A program made the translations under genes and the position numbers. From a virus (lineage: Duplodnaviria > Caudoviricetes), in the IMG/VR virus record IMGVR_UViG_2521172672_000002, positions 6,931 through 70,930 of that record: a stretch of DNA of 64,000 bases. One strand, written 5' to 3'. Each line of letters starts with the position of its first letter. The stretch's first letter is position 1. This document shows positions 45,921-55,237 of the stretch, piece after piece. The notes beneath the pieces are model-generated. The model made no database searches. It was not told where the DNA came from and worked only from the letters and a program-made list of their open reading frames with translations.

Positions 45921-46130
45921 TCAGGCCGTCTTATCCTGCTCACCGGCACCGTTCATTTCTCGGAGCAGATCAGCAGCGCCCAGGCGACGACCAAGATTGG
46001 CCAGTTCGTGCACGTAGGTAGCGAGCTGCATGCCGGCCATACGTGCTTCCATGCGCAGCTTTCGGACCTCTTCAGGCTTCCAGCGCGACTTGATCACTTC
46101 GCTGCGTTTGTTGGCGGGGTCCAGGTGCAT
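45921..46130 (-). CDS. Small DNA-binding protein in the cII position
   Basis: Directly after cro; ribbon-helix-helix-like pattern. Confidence 0.55.
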   Translation of the reverse strand: MHLDPANKRSEVIKSRWKPEEVRKLRMEARMAGMQLATYVHELANLGRRLGAADLLREMNGAGEQDKTA

Positions 46131-46159
46131 TCAGGGATTTCCTTGTGATTGAAAAATGT

Positions 46160-46357
46160 TTACGCAGCCGACTTGCGAGCAGGTATTGGGCGAATCTCGT
46201 TCGCCTCAATGTGCCCGTCGTCGTGCATGGTGATTCGGATGTCCCGCTTGGCACGAAACATTTGGGAGACGGCGCTCTGCTGTATCCCCAGAGCCTTGGC
46301 GAGGTCGCTCTGGGTTCCATGCCCGGCCAGGTATTCCTCAAGGGAAACAGTGTTCAT
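46160..46357 (-). CDS. cro: Cro repressor
   Basis: GTQSDLAKALGIQQSAVSQM...EANEIRPIP; divergent from cI. Confidence 0.92.
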   Translation of the reverse strand: MNTVSLEEYLAGHGTQSDLAKALGIQQSAVSQMFRAKRDIRITMHDDGHIEANEIRPIPARKSAA

Positions 46358-46385
46358 CTGGTCTGCCTCATAGGGGTTTAATCGG

Positions 46386-46462
46386 ATATTAGCACTGCTG
46401 TTTTACAATATTCAAGGACAAAGAGTAGCAGTGCTGTTTGCTTAAGAATCAGCTGTGCTACT
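46386..46462. promoter_or_regulatory. OR region: three operators and PR
   Basis: Palindromes TAGCACTGCTG (46390), TAGCAGTGCTG (46426) and CAGCTGTGCTA (46450); minus-strand TTGAAT-N18-TAATAT. Confidence 0.8.
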
Positions 46463-46473
46463 AAATCACGCGC

Positions 46474-47277
46474 ATGAAGAAACCCATCAGAACCCCTTTG
46501 TCTGCAGAGCAGCTTGCCGATGCCAAGCGGCTGCATGACATCTACAAAAAGCGCGCCAAGGAGTCTAGGGAAGATCCAACCAAGCCGGCCTTGACCCAGA
46601 CCGAGGTCGGTGAGCGATGCGAATGGAAATCTCCTCAGAGCACTGTAAGTCAGTACATGACAGGGAAAGTAGCTCTGAATCTCGATGCGCTCGTAAAACT
46701 GTCCGAGGCTCTAGATTTTGAGCCGGCCGAGGTAAGCCCTACTCTCGCCGCAGGCATCAGAAGAGTCTCAGGTGGGCAGCACCTAGACCATGGGGCGCAA
46801 GCCGCCAATTCGCCCCTGCCTGAATCGGCTGATGTTCCTCAGTCCGAAGATGAGCGCTATGCATTCATTCCGCAATACGACGCGAAAGCAGCCGCGGGCC
46901 TCGGCAGCGAGAACCCTCACGTAGAGGTTCATTCCACGTTGGCATTCAAGCGCGACTGGCTGAAGTCAAAGGGCGTGAAGCCTGAAAGCCTGGCAGTGAT
47001 CTACGCCGAGGGGCAAAGCATGTGGCCAACGATCAACAGTGGTGACGTGCTGCTGGTCGACAAGTCGCGGATCGAGCCAGCTGATGGTCAGGTGTTCGTG
47101 CTTGCCGGAACCGACGGCGCAATCGTAAAGCGCCTGGTCCAAGGCCCGCTGGGTCAGTGGACCTTGCGCAGCGACAACGAAGACAAGGACGAGTATCCAG
47201 ATCGGTCTCACCTACGCAGCAAGGGGAACGAGCATCGGATCATTGGGAAGGTTATCTGGCGGGGCGGCGATTTGTAG
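46474..47277 (+). CDS. cI: CI repressor (HTH + S24 autocleavage domain)
   Basis: TQTEVG...QSTVSQYMTG HTH; AAAG cleavage site, GQSM Ser, IVKR Lys. Confidence 0.95.
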   Translation: MKKPIRTPLSAEQLADAKRLHDIYKKRAKESREDPTKPALTQTEVGERCEWKSPQSTVSQYMTGKVALNLDALVKLSEALDFEPAEVSPTLAAGIRRVSGGQHLDHGAQAANSPLPESADVPQSEDERYAFIPQYDAKAAAGLGSENPHVEVHSTLAFKRDWLKSKGVKPESLAVIYAEGQSMWPTINSGDVLLVDKSRIEPADGQVFVLAGTDGAIVKRLVQGPLGQWTLRSDNEDKDEYPDRSHLRSKGNEHRIIGKVIWRGGDL

Positions 47278-47341
47278 TGGTCCTAAACCCCAACAATAAC
47301 AGCTGCTAGATCCTCCAGGATGAATGGTATGAGAGGGCAAT

Positions 47342-47695
47342 ATGGAAGACGCTAACCGAGATCCTGAAAAGCAACCTCTGGAGTTTATGAGGTCTAATTT
47401 TCTAGTCACAAATCTAGATTTCGTGCGGTACATGGATGCGCATTTTGATAGCACGGAATGCCCTCAGTGCAAAAAGGATGAGGGCTGGATGATGGATGCA
47501 GAATCTCGCCGTAAAGACTGCACCCTTCCTGATGGGGTAGAATACATGCGGGTCTACCGGATGACATTTGCAGATGAGTCCGAAGCCTTCAGGCCTTTTT
47601 TCAGCTTGTCCTGCGCAGCTTGCGGGAGCGCTCGCCATATCCTGTGTGACAACGTTATGAATTGGCTTGCGAGCCAAACGGAGAGTGCTGACTAA
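47342..47695 (+). CDS. Zinc-ribbon protein downstream of cI
   Basis: CPQC...CAACG; GAGGG RBS. Confidence 0.75.
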   Translation: MEDANRDPEKQPLEFMRSNFLVTNLDFVRYMDAHFDSTECPQCKKDEGWMMDAESRRKDCTLPDGVEYMRVYRMTFADESEAFRPFFSLSCAACGSARHILCDNVMNWLASQTESAD

Positions 47696-48126
47696 TGACC
47701 AGCCGTTGGACACCAAAGGTCCATACCAACCCAGACCCTCAGAAGCAGCCTAATCCCATAGACGAAACGCCTGGTCTAGATCAAGATGCAGGGGTATCTC
47801 TTGAAAGAGGAGTCGCCATGGCGAATCAGTCTCGAGGCTGGGCCTTTCTCTCCTCGCCTCAATTTTCTGTCATAGCTGCTACGGTTGTTGTGCTGGTCGC
47901 AGGGGCTATGATGTATGACAGGCTTGATAGCAAAGTGGATGCCCTGCGTGCAGATGGAGGTTCTGGACTAGATAGGGCCGTCGACAAGATAGAGAGGAAT
48001 TTCGACAAAGTAGATTCGAAAATTCAGCATCTCTCGAATAAAATTGATGACGGTAACCGCGAAATTCGCATGCTCCTTCAGGTCAAGCCCTCACCACTGA
48101 GTCCTTCTCAGTCCGCCGCGAACTGA
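47695..48126 (+). CDS. Single-TM coiled-coil protein coupled to 47342-47695
   Basis: TAATG overlap; TM helix then heptad D/K-rich stretch; terminator at ~48170-48192. Confidence 0.7.
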   Translation: MTSRWTPKVHTNPDPQKQPNPIDETPGLDQDAGVSLERGVAMANQSRGWAFLSSPQFSVIAATVVVLVAGAMMYDRLDSKVDALRADGGSGLDRAVDKIERNFDKVDSKIQHLSNKIDDGNREIRMLLQVKPSPLSPSQSAAN

Positions 48127-48261
48127 ACGAACACTCTGCCAAATTACCTGTTTTATGCTGTGATGATAAGGCCCGCCCAGAGCGGGCTTTTTCATGACTG
48201 GATGATGGCGGATCGCCACAGTGATAGAATGCCTTACCACCTACTCTGAGCCTGTAACCCG

Positions 48262-48753
48262 ATGAAAAAAGTATGGATGCCATTGGCGCTAGCACTTGCC
48301 TTATCTGCATGCGCCACCCCTAACCAGCAAGCGGTCCCAAGAGTGCCTTTCCCGGTATCCGAGTACGACGCTTTGCCGAAAACTGGTACGGGCTCACTGG
48401 CAGGCCAGGTGTTCATGCGCACAATGGGCGGCGATGTGAAATTCGGGGCTGGCAGTGATGTTCATCTGCAGCCTGTGACTGCCTATACCCAGCAGTGGTA
48501 CACCGTCAATTACCTGGAAGGCCGCCCGCTTGAGCCGGCCGACCCGCGCGCCTTGCAAGGGACATTGGTAACTCAGGCAGATGGCAGCGGTAATTTCAGC
48601 TTCACGAACGTGCCGCCTGGGCGATATTTCCTGAGCTCGAAAGTCCAATGGCAAGCCCCCACTCAGTTTGGGCTCCTGCCCCAGGGAGGCGTGGTAGCCA
48701 AGATCGTGACGATATCTGATGGGGTACAAGCCAGAGAGATGCTTACTAAGTAG
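48262..48753 (+). CDS. Lipoprotein with carboxypeptidase-regulatory-like beta-sandwich
   Basis: LSAC lipobox; ADGSGNFSFTNVPPGRYFL. Confidence 0.8.
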   Translation: MKKVWMPLALALALSACATPNQQAVPRVPFPVSEYDALPKTGTGSLAGQVFMRTMGGDVKFGAGSDVHLQPVTAYTQQWYTVNYLEGRPLEPADPRALQGTLVTQADGSGNFSFTNVPPGRYFLSSKVQWQAPTQFGLLPQGGVVAKIVTISDGVQAREMLTK

Positions 48754-48768
48754 GAAGCGCATATACAG

Positions 48769-48793
48769 AAGCCCGCCGAGTGCGGGCTTTTTT
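48769..48793 (+). terminator. Rho-independent terminator of the immunity transcript
   Basis: AAGCCCGC/GCGGGCTT stem plus T-run. Confidence 0.8.
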
Positions 48794-48810
48794 GTGGGCG
48801 GCAAAAAAAT

Positions 48811-48853
48811 ATCAGCACTGCTGTTGACTCTCAAATAACAGCAGTGCTACTTT
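48811..48853 (+). promoter_or_regulatory. OL operators and PL
   Basis: CAGCACTGCTG (48813) and CAGCAGTGCTA (48839) match the OR palindromes; TTGACT-N18-TACTTT. Confidence 0.85.
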
Positions 48854-48901
48854 TGATTCATCGAGGCACTACACAGCCCCTCGACAGGCCCTCAAGCCGA
48901 C

Positions 48902-48914
48902 CGCTCTTTAACAA
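48902..48914 (+). promoter_or_regulatory. boxA antitermination element
   Basis: CGCTCTTTAACAA in the PL leader. Confidence 0.8.
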
Positions 48915-49134
48915 CCAAGACCGCCGAGCCTGCAGGCATAGCAGGCCACCATCCCCGCAGGGCTCTGGTGCGATCAGGTGTGCCGCAATAGAGCGGCATC
49001 CAAGCGGCGCGCATGCCTCGACAGATGCAGGAAGCGCGATACCGGGTGAGCGACCGGGGCCTGAGAGAAACAGACGATTCCCCGGTGCGCCTCAAGCGGG
49101 GCGCATCAGGGGGAATCCACTGGAGGAAAAGCAG

Positions 49135-49407
49135 ATGCGACCAGTTATGACATTGAAAGCAGTCCGCGACTCGTTGGGTCGATTGATGGACGAGAAGGAG
49201 GATGCGGGCGAAGGCAAGTTCCACGGCTGGGGCGTCGAGTACGAAGAGTTCGAGAACGGCCCAGGCAACTACAGCGTCGCCATCGTTGAGATGGCTGATG
49301 GCACAGTTCAGACGTTGATGCCGTGGGCGATCCGCTTCCTAGATAGCGAAGATGCTGACCAGCAATCCGTCAACGACTTCATAGCCGATCCGATCATCCT
49401 AGCCTGA
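49135..49407 (+). CDS. Phage hypothetical protein
   Basis: GGAGG RBS; FHGWGVEYEEFENGPGNYSVAIVE..DG.V. Confidence 0.8.
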   Translation: MRPVMTLKAVRDSLGRLMDEKEDAGEGKFHGWGVEYEEFENGPGNYSVAIVEMADGTVQTLMPWAIRFLDSEDADQQSVNDFIADPIILA

Positions 49408-49467
49408 ACAACCAGCGCCACGTCCGCCTGACGTTAACTGCCCGATGCCCTGCTCTCCATCGCAGGC

Positions 49468-49599
49468 TGCATCGGAGTGTGATCTGAATGCGCAGGCTGA
49501 TGCGCAAACCTAGCCTCGTTGGCGAGCTACTGAGGCCTCAAAGAGTTAGGCCGCCAAGCCGGAAAGAACGCAGCACCGGCCAGATCGCACCCCGATGCA
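49468..49599 (+). ncRNA. C4-like structured RNA, copy 2 (PL operon)
   Basis: Closing stem UGCAUCGG-A-GUGUGAUCUG / CAGAUCGCAC-C-CCGAUGCA; AAUGCGCAGGCUGAUGCGC and GCCGG..CAGCACCGGC hairpins. Confidence 0.6.
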
Positions 49600-49694
49600 T
49601 CCCGCATCCCCTTCCTTTCACATACCGACCGCATTGGCAGGCGCCAGGCCACCTTTCACGGTGGGTTTGGTCACCCGTGCCTGACGCCTGACCA

Positions 49695-50165
49695 ATGCGG
49701 TTTCCACATGAGCAAAAGAACATGAGCGAACCCGGATATTGCGAGGGCGATACCTGCGGCCGTGACGGCTGTGAGGGCGTCATCGAGTCGCACGATGTAG
49801 AGAACTGCAGCTGCCACATCAACCCACCCTGCGGCGCGTGCACCGCGCCGCGCGGCTACTGCGAGGCGTGCGGCTGGGAGGAGTCGGAAGACCCATTGCC
49901 CGAGCCAGAGCCAATCAGCCAGAAGAAAAAGGACTTCTGGAAGGCACAGGCCGAAGAGTGGGAGCGCGCCAGAAATGCCCCGTTGGACAGCACAAAGGTC
50001 AGCTGGCGATTCGTGCCCCACACCAACGCCTCAATGATCAAAGAAGGCGTCTACCCCGAACACATGACCCGCGAGGAGGTTGAACGCGAGGTTCGCGGAA
50101 CCTTCGGCGGGCGCTTCGAGCGATTAGGAAACGGACGCTTCAAGTACATCGCATACACCGACTGA
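49695..50165 (+). CDS. Cys-rich phage protein
   Basis: CGRDGC.G, CSCHINPPCGAC and GTFGGRFE...FKYIAYTD. Confidence 0.75.
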   Translation: MRFPHEQKNMSEPGYCEGDTCGRDGCEGVIESHDVENCSCHINPPCGACTAPRGYCEACGWEESEDPLPEPEPISQKKKDFWKAQAEEWERARNAPLDSTKVSWRFVPHTNASMIKEGVYPEHMTREEVEREVRGTFGGRFERLGNGRFKYIAYTD

Positions 50166-50186
50166 AACCACCACCTGGAGGGGACC

Positions 50187-50609
50187 ATGTCCGCACTTCA
50201 AGCAGCACAATGGCACTACGACAACCAGTTGCCTCCCCCGGTGAGCGAAACGCCCCAGGAGCGCGCAGAACGCCACTGGATCGAGGAAGGCATCGACCAG
50301 CTTATGCGCGGCGCGGATTACGTGTTCCAGCGCCGTATGCGCCCAAAGCAGGGCGTCACCCAGGAGCGCTTCGCTGAGGTCGTGGACGAGTTCGCCATGG
50401 GCCAGCTCGGCCTACAGGGTGCGAGCAAGTCAGTGCTGGGCAGGCTGGTGTTGGCTGCCCACTTCAAGATCGGCAGCGAGGCGCGTAACGCGGCTGACGA
50501 GCTGATGGCGGTACCGAACACCGACACCGTGCTGCGGGAGATAGCGCGGACCTTGCTCCAGCCATTGGTGAAGGATGGGCTGGTGGCCCAGGCCGAGGAC
50601 GAGCTATGA
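50187..50609 (+). CDS. Phage hypothetical protein
   Basis: GGAGGGG RBS; AAQWHYDNQLPP. Confidence 0.75.
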   Translation: MSALQAAQWHYDNQLPPPVSETPQERAERHWIEEGIDQLMRGADYVFQRRMRPKQGVTQERFAEVVDEFAMGQLGLQGASKSVLGRLVLAAHFKIGSEARNAADELMAVPNTDTVLREIARTLLQPLVKDGLVAQAEDEL

Positions 50610-50800
50610 GAAGCCCCCACGTTCTCATCGACGAGGAGCTTGATGCACTCGCCGACCCAGCCACGCCGATCATCTGCTCTGCGCTTGTCCAGCGCACGCT
50701 CACGGAAATGATGAGCGACCAGCGCATCACCATCGAAGAGTTCAACCACTACTGCGGGCGCCTCAACAAGATCGTTGATGGGCGCAAGGAGGCTGCATGA
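50606..50800 (+). CDS. Phage hypothetical protein
   Basis: Coupled ORF; ITIEEFNHYC. Confidence 0.7.
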   Translation: MRSPHVLIDEELDALADPATPIICSALVQRTLTEMMSDQRITIEEFNHYCGRLNKIVDGRKEAA

Positions 50801-51089
50801 GCACTGCACCGGTTAAGTCCTTGATTGATGAACAGCTCGAGCAGATCGAGCGAAGCCTGGCAATCATTGAAGCTGGCGTACCCCGCGACCTTCCAGTTCA
50901 GCAGCTGCGGCCAGAGATCGTCGCTGCGCTCAAGGCTGGGCAGATCGCCGTTAGGCCAGCGCGATGACCCGATACCAACGCGCCCGCCGCCTAGTCATCT
51001 GGCGCGGCTCCTTCTCTGCCCTCTTCGCCTGCACCGCCTTCATGCTCGCCAGTGCTCTGGCTGGCCATATCACGAACTAGGAACCCACC

Positions 51090-51599
51090 ATGCCAATCGA
51101 TCCTCGGGCAAACGCCCCCGAGCGCATTGCTGCGCCTGCTCCGCTGCCTCACGTCAGCCGCAGGGCACTCAAACGCGTCAAGAATCCACTCCCCGCTCCA
51201 TGCGAGTGCCGCTACTGCGGCGACCAGGTCGAGCTGGTGCGCAACTCGGAAATCTACAACGGACGCAGCTACGGCGACTGGCCCTACGCCTACCTCTGCT
51301 CTGGCTGTGGCGCCTATGTCGGCCTGCACCCCGACACGGATGTTCCGCTCGGCACTCTGGCTGATAGCGCGCTCCGCGTCTTACGCAACCGCTCCAAGGC
51401 TGTCTTCCACAAGCACATCACCGACACCGGCATGGGCCGTACACAGGCCTACCGCTGGCTGGCTGAGCAGATGCAGATCGACGTAGGCATCTGTCACTTC
51501 GGCTGGTTCGAGAAGGCTGACTGCAATCGGGCCGAAGCCATCGTGAAGTCAGCCGTGCCTCAAACCGCTATGGCAATGGCATTCGCCAAAGCCCGATAA
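51090..51599 (+). CDS. DUF3268-like zinc-finger protein
   Basis: CRYCG, YLCSGCGAYVGLHP....LGTLAD and CHFGWF. Confidence 0.85.
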   Translation: MPIDPRANAPERIAAPAPLPHVSRRALKRVKNPLPAPCECRYCGDQVELVRNSEIYNGRSYGDWPYAYLCSGCGAYVGLHPDTDVPLGTLADSALRVLRNRSKAVFHKHITDTGMGRTQAYRWLAEQMQIDVGICHFGWFEKADCNRAEAIVKSAVPQTAMAMAFAKAR

Positions 51600-51645
51600 C
51601 CCAAACACGTCAGCGCCCACCGCATGGATGGCGCGGGAGATTCTC

Positions 51646-52716
51646 ATGTCCGAAAAACAGCTCGCCGTAAAGATCGAAGAGATCAGCGAAGCTAATGCCC
51701 CTGCCCTCTATGTTGCCGGTGGCCTTCAGCAATTCATCGATCTGGTAAAGGGTGAGGTAGAGGGCGAAGTGCCTGACCTCAAAACCCGCAAGGGGCGTGA
51801 GCGCATCGCTAGCCTGGCCGCAAAGGTCAGCAAATCAAAGACCGCGGTGGAGAAGCCGGGTCGCGATTACCTGCGCCGTCTCAAGGAAATGCCAAAGGTG
51901 GTCGAGGCCGAGCTTCGCGACTTCGTGACCAAGATGGACGCGCTGCGGGACGAGACGCGTCGACCACTCACTGAGTGGGAAGCCGCCGAGGATGCCCGCA
52001 TTGACCGTCACAACGATCGTCTGAACTGGCTCAAAACGCTGACCGACGATCTGGGCGAACTGAGCCCGCTGCACATCAAAGGCCTGATCTCCGAGGCTGA
52101 AGGCATGCAGCTTGGCGCCCACTGGGAGGAATTCGAGGCCGAAGCGGCAAATGCCAAGGACAAGGTGCTTTCCACCCTGCGCGCAGCGCTCCAGAAGCGC
52201 GAGCAGTTCGAAGCTGAGCAGGCCGAGTTGGCCCGCCTGCGCCGCGAGGCAGACGAGCGCGCCGAGGCCGACCGTATCCGCCTGGCGCAGGAGCAGGCTG
52301 TGGAGACCGAGCGCCAGCGTGTGGCCCGGGAGCAGCAAGCCGAGCGCGATGCCGCCGCCCGCCGCGAGCAGGAACTGATCGACAAGGCCGCCGCCCAGCA
52401 GCGCGCCATTGAGCAGGCCGAGGCCAACCGCATCGCTGCCGAGCAGCGCGCCGAGCAGGAGCGGCAGGACGCCGAGCGCCGGGCCGAAGAAGCGGCTGAG
52501 CGTGCCCGCCAAGACGAGCGCCGCCGCGCCGATGCCGCCGCTGCCGAGATCCTGCGGCAACAGGAAGCCCGGGAGCGCGACAAGAACCACCGCGCCAGCA
52601 TAAACCGCGCCGCCCTGGAGGCCTTCGTCGCCGGCGGCATGACCGAGGAATGCGCCAAGCAGGCCATCACTCTGATCGCCCAGCGCAAGATCCCCAACAT
52701 CGCCATTTCCTACTGA
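51646..52716 (+). CDS. Phage coiled-coil protein (TolA-like low complexity)
   Basis: PDLKTRKGRERIASLAAKVSKSK; E/R/A-rich repeats. Confidence 0.8.
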   Translation: MSEKQLAVKIEEISEANAPALYVAGGLQQFIDLVKGEVEGEVPDLKTRKGRERIASLAAKVSKSKTAVEKPGRDYLRRLKEMPKVVEAELRDFVTKMDALRDETRRPLTEWEAAEDARIDRHNDRLNWLKTLTDDLGELSPLHIKGLISEAEGMQLGAHWEEFEAEAANAKDKVLSTLRAALQKREQFEAEQAELARLRREADERAEADRIRLAQEQAVETERQRVAREQQAERDAAARREQELIDKAAAQQRAIEQAEANRIAAEQRAEQERQDAERRAEEAAERARQDERRRADAAAAEILRQQEARERDKNHRASINRAALEAFVAGGMTEECAKQAITLIAQRKIPNIAISY

Positions 52717-52723
52717 GGTCGCC

Positions 52724-53668
52724 ATGAGCCAAGCAGTAGCCATCATCTCGCAGGACATTTACGCGCAGCGGAATCAGTTCGCTAACGTACTGACTGACCG
52801 CTCGCTTAACTTCGAGCGCGAGGCCGAATTCGCCATACAGGTGATCACCTCGAGTGAGTACGCCACCAAGGTCGCCATGCAGAACCGGCAGTCAGTGGCC
52901 AACGCGATCACCAACATCGCTGCCATCGGCATCAGTCTGAACCCGGCCAAAAAGCAGGCCTATCTGGTCCCGCGCGACGGACGCATCTGCCTGGACATCA
53001 GCTACATCGGCTTGATGGACCTGGCTATGGCGACCGGCGCCATCCGCTGGGCTCAGGCCGAACTGGTCTATGCCGCCGATGCGTTCAGCTTGAACGGTTT
53101 CGACAAGCCGCCCACCCATTCCTACAACCCATTTGCCAAGGATCGAGGTGAGGTGATCGGCGTTTACGTGGTCGTGAAGACCGCCGACGGCGACTATCTG
53201 ACCGAAACCATGAGCATCGAGGATGTGAACGCCATCCGGGATAGATCGAGCGCCTGGAAGGCCTGGGTCAGCAAGAACAAATCCTGCCCTTGGGTCACCG
53301 ACCCGGGCGAGATGGCCAAGAAGACCGTGGTGAAGCGTGGCTACAAGTACTGGCCGAAGACTGAGCGCCTGGAACAAGCGATTCACCACTTGAACACGGA
53401 CGGGGGTGAGGGTCTGGCCAGCATGGCGGGATCGGCGCCGAACGATCCGGAGCTAGCGAACAGCTGGATCGCTCTGGCGCAGAAGGCAGGCAGCCTTGAG
53501 GCGCTGGCCGATGTGTACCAGCAGGCCACGGAAGCCATGAGACAGGCGAAGGACAAGGTCGGCCATGCCCGCTTTAAGGCTGAGGTCACCAAGCGAGCCG
53601 ACGCACTCAAGGCCCAGGCAGCGCCAATCGAAGGTGAATCTGAGGAGGTGTTAGATGGAGCAGCGTAG
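52724..53668 (+). CDS. recT: RecT family single-strand annealing protein
   Basis: GISLNPAKKQAYLVPR, ISYIGL and PW.....EMAKKTVVKR..KYWP. Confidence 0.92.
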   Translation: MSQAVAIISQDIYAQRNQFANVLTDRSLNFEREAEFAIQVITSSEYATKVAMQNRQSVANAITNIAAIGISLNPAKKQAYLVPRDGRICLDISYIGLMDLAMATGAIRWAQAELVYAADAFSLNGFDKPPTHSYNPFAKDRGEVIGVYVVVKTADGDYLTETMSIEDVNAIRDRSSAWKAWVSKNKSCPWVTDPGEMAKKTVVKRGYKYWPKTERLEQAIHHLNTDGGEGLASMAGSAPNDPELANSWIALAQKAGSLEALADVYQQATEAMRQAKDKVGHARFKAEVTKRADALKAQAAPIEGESEEVLDGAA

Positions 53669-54284
53669 CGATGAATGGTTCGCGGCACGCCTTGGGTGTG
53701 TCACCGCGAGCCGCGTGAAGGATGTGATGGCTACCGGACGCGGCAGTGCGCCGTCGGCCACCCGCAAGAACTACATGATGGAGCTGCTGTGCGAGCGGCT
53801 CACCGGCCAGGCTGGTGGTGCTGACCTGTCGCGCAATGCCGCAGTACAGCGCGGCGTCGAGCTCGAGCCGTTCGCGTGCATGGCCTATGAGGCTGACAAG
53901 GGTCTGATGGTGGTTGAGACCGGCCTGGTCATGCACCCGCGCATCGCACACTTCGGCGCATCCCCTGACGGCTTGGTCGGCAGCGATGGCTTGCTGGAGA
54001 TCAAGTGCCCCAACACGGCAACCCACATTGTAACGATGCAGTCCGGCCGCCACGACCCGCAGTACGAATGGCAGATGCTGGCTCAGATCGCCTGCACTGA
54101 ACGCGCCTGGGCCGACTTCGTAAGTTACGACGACCGTCTGCCTGAGCCATTGCAGTACGTGTGCCACCGCTTCGAGCGCGACTTCAAGCGCATCCGGGAC
54201 ATGGAGGCCGAGGTCTCGGCATTTCTCGAAGAGCTCGCCGACTTAGAAAAGGAGATGCGCGAGCGGATGAAGGAGGCAGCATGA
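53655..54284 (+). CDS. YqaJ/lambda-exonuclease family protein
   Basis: QRSDEWF..RLG.VTAS, GASPDGLV, LEIKCP and QMLAQ. Confidence 0.93.
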   Translation: MEQRSDEWFAARLGCVTASRVKDVMATGRGSAPSATRKNYMMELLCERLTGQAGGADLSRNAAVQRGVELEPFACMAYEADKGLMVVETGLVMHPRIAHFGASPDGLVGSDGLLEIKCPNTATHIVTMQSGRHDPQYEWQMLAQIACTERAWADFVSYDDRLPEPLQYVCHRFERDFKRIRDMEAEVSAFLEELADLEKEMRERMKEAA

Positions 54285-54799
54285 ACCCATCAATCGACCT
54301 GGAGGCCGCAAAAGCGGCCTTCCTTGCGTCTGGAGGCAGCATCATCGTGCTTGACGGTTATCAGTATGTGCCGCACCGACCTCACCGCGATATTGAGCAG
54401 GTTCGCGCCGTGCAGCCGAAGCCCATGGGTATGAAGGAGCTGAAGCGCCAGAAGCAGCTGGCCGAACTTCGCGAAATGGCCAAGACCATGACCTATGCCC
54501 AGGCCATGGAACGGACCGGCCTGGCACAAAGCACGCTGTACCGAGCAGCCCAAGACGGAGGCTTTGCCTTCCAGCATGACCCTCGCCGTTTCCATGGCGA
54601 AAAGCAAAGGGCCTACGCAGACCCTGCTGAGGACAAAGCGCTGGCTCAACAGATCGCAGCGCTGCGCGACGAGGGCCTGAACCGGTCCCAGGCCAAGGCC
54701 AGGTTGGGTATCTCGGATCGGAAATTCTGCCGCGTCATCCACCTGTTTGGCGTCGACTACCCCAAGGCTGAGGGCAAGCGATGCGACGGCCCAATCTGA
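54281..54799 (+). CDS. Phage hypothetical protein with HTH-like repeats
   Basis: ATGA overlap with exo; AAFLASGGSI. Confidence 0.75.
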   Translation: MNPSIDLEAAKAAFLASGGSIIVLDGYQYVPHRPHRDIEQVRAVQPKPMGMKELKRQKQLAELREMAKTMTYAQAMERTGLAQSTLYRAAQDGGFAFQHDPRRFHGEKQRAYADPAEDKALAQQIAALRDEGLNRSQAKARLGISDRKFCRVIHLFGVDYPKAEGKRCDGPI

Positions 54800-54871
54800 A
54801 AGCCCAGGTCCGCCAGCGCCGGCGGCAAGAACAGTTCCACCTGCCGCCCAGCGGCCTATCGGAGCACAGAC

Positions 54872-55237
54872 ATGCTGAAAGCACCTTCTGGAGTGGTAAC
54901 CCTGCCGGCCTGGCTGAATCGGCCGGTCAAGAAGCTGTACAACACCCGCAGCGGCGGCCAGTACCGGCCTGATGATGTGGCCCTGGCCTTTGCGCTGAGC
55001 CTGCGCGTGCACGACAGCGCCGAACACCTGCGCAGGCTGGCCCGGCGTCTGGTCGACAAGGTCTGCCTTGAGCATCAGCCGAACATGAAGCGCCTTGCCC
55101 GCGAGCCGGACGACGCTAAGGTGTTCGACGCCGCGCTCAAGATCATCAACCGGGTGTGCGACCTGCTGGAGTACGCGCCAGGCAATCGCTTTGTGCGCAA
55201 TGGAGGCGATGATGGCTCTGACGTCGAAGCAGCGTGA
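54872..55237 (+). CDS. Phage hypothetical protein
   Basis: GGAG RBS; in operon. Confidence 0.7.
   Translation: MLKAPSGVVTLPAWLNRPVKKLYNTRSGGQYRPDDVALAFALSLRVHDSAEHLRRLARRLVDKVCLEHQPNMKRLAREPDDAKVFDAALKIINRVCDLLEYAPGNRFVRNGGDDGSDVEAA

Noticed and set aside
51835-52758. Long minus-strand ORFs (307 and 232 aa)
   Set aside because: Shadows of the low-complexity coiled-coil gene 51646-52716
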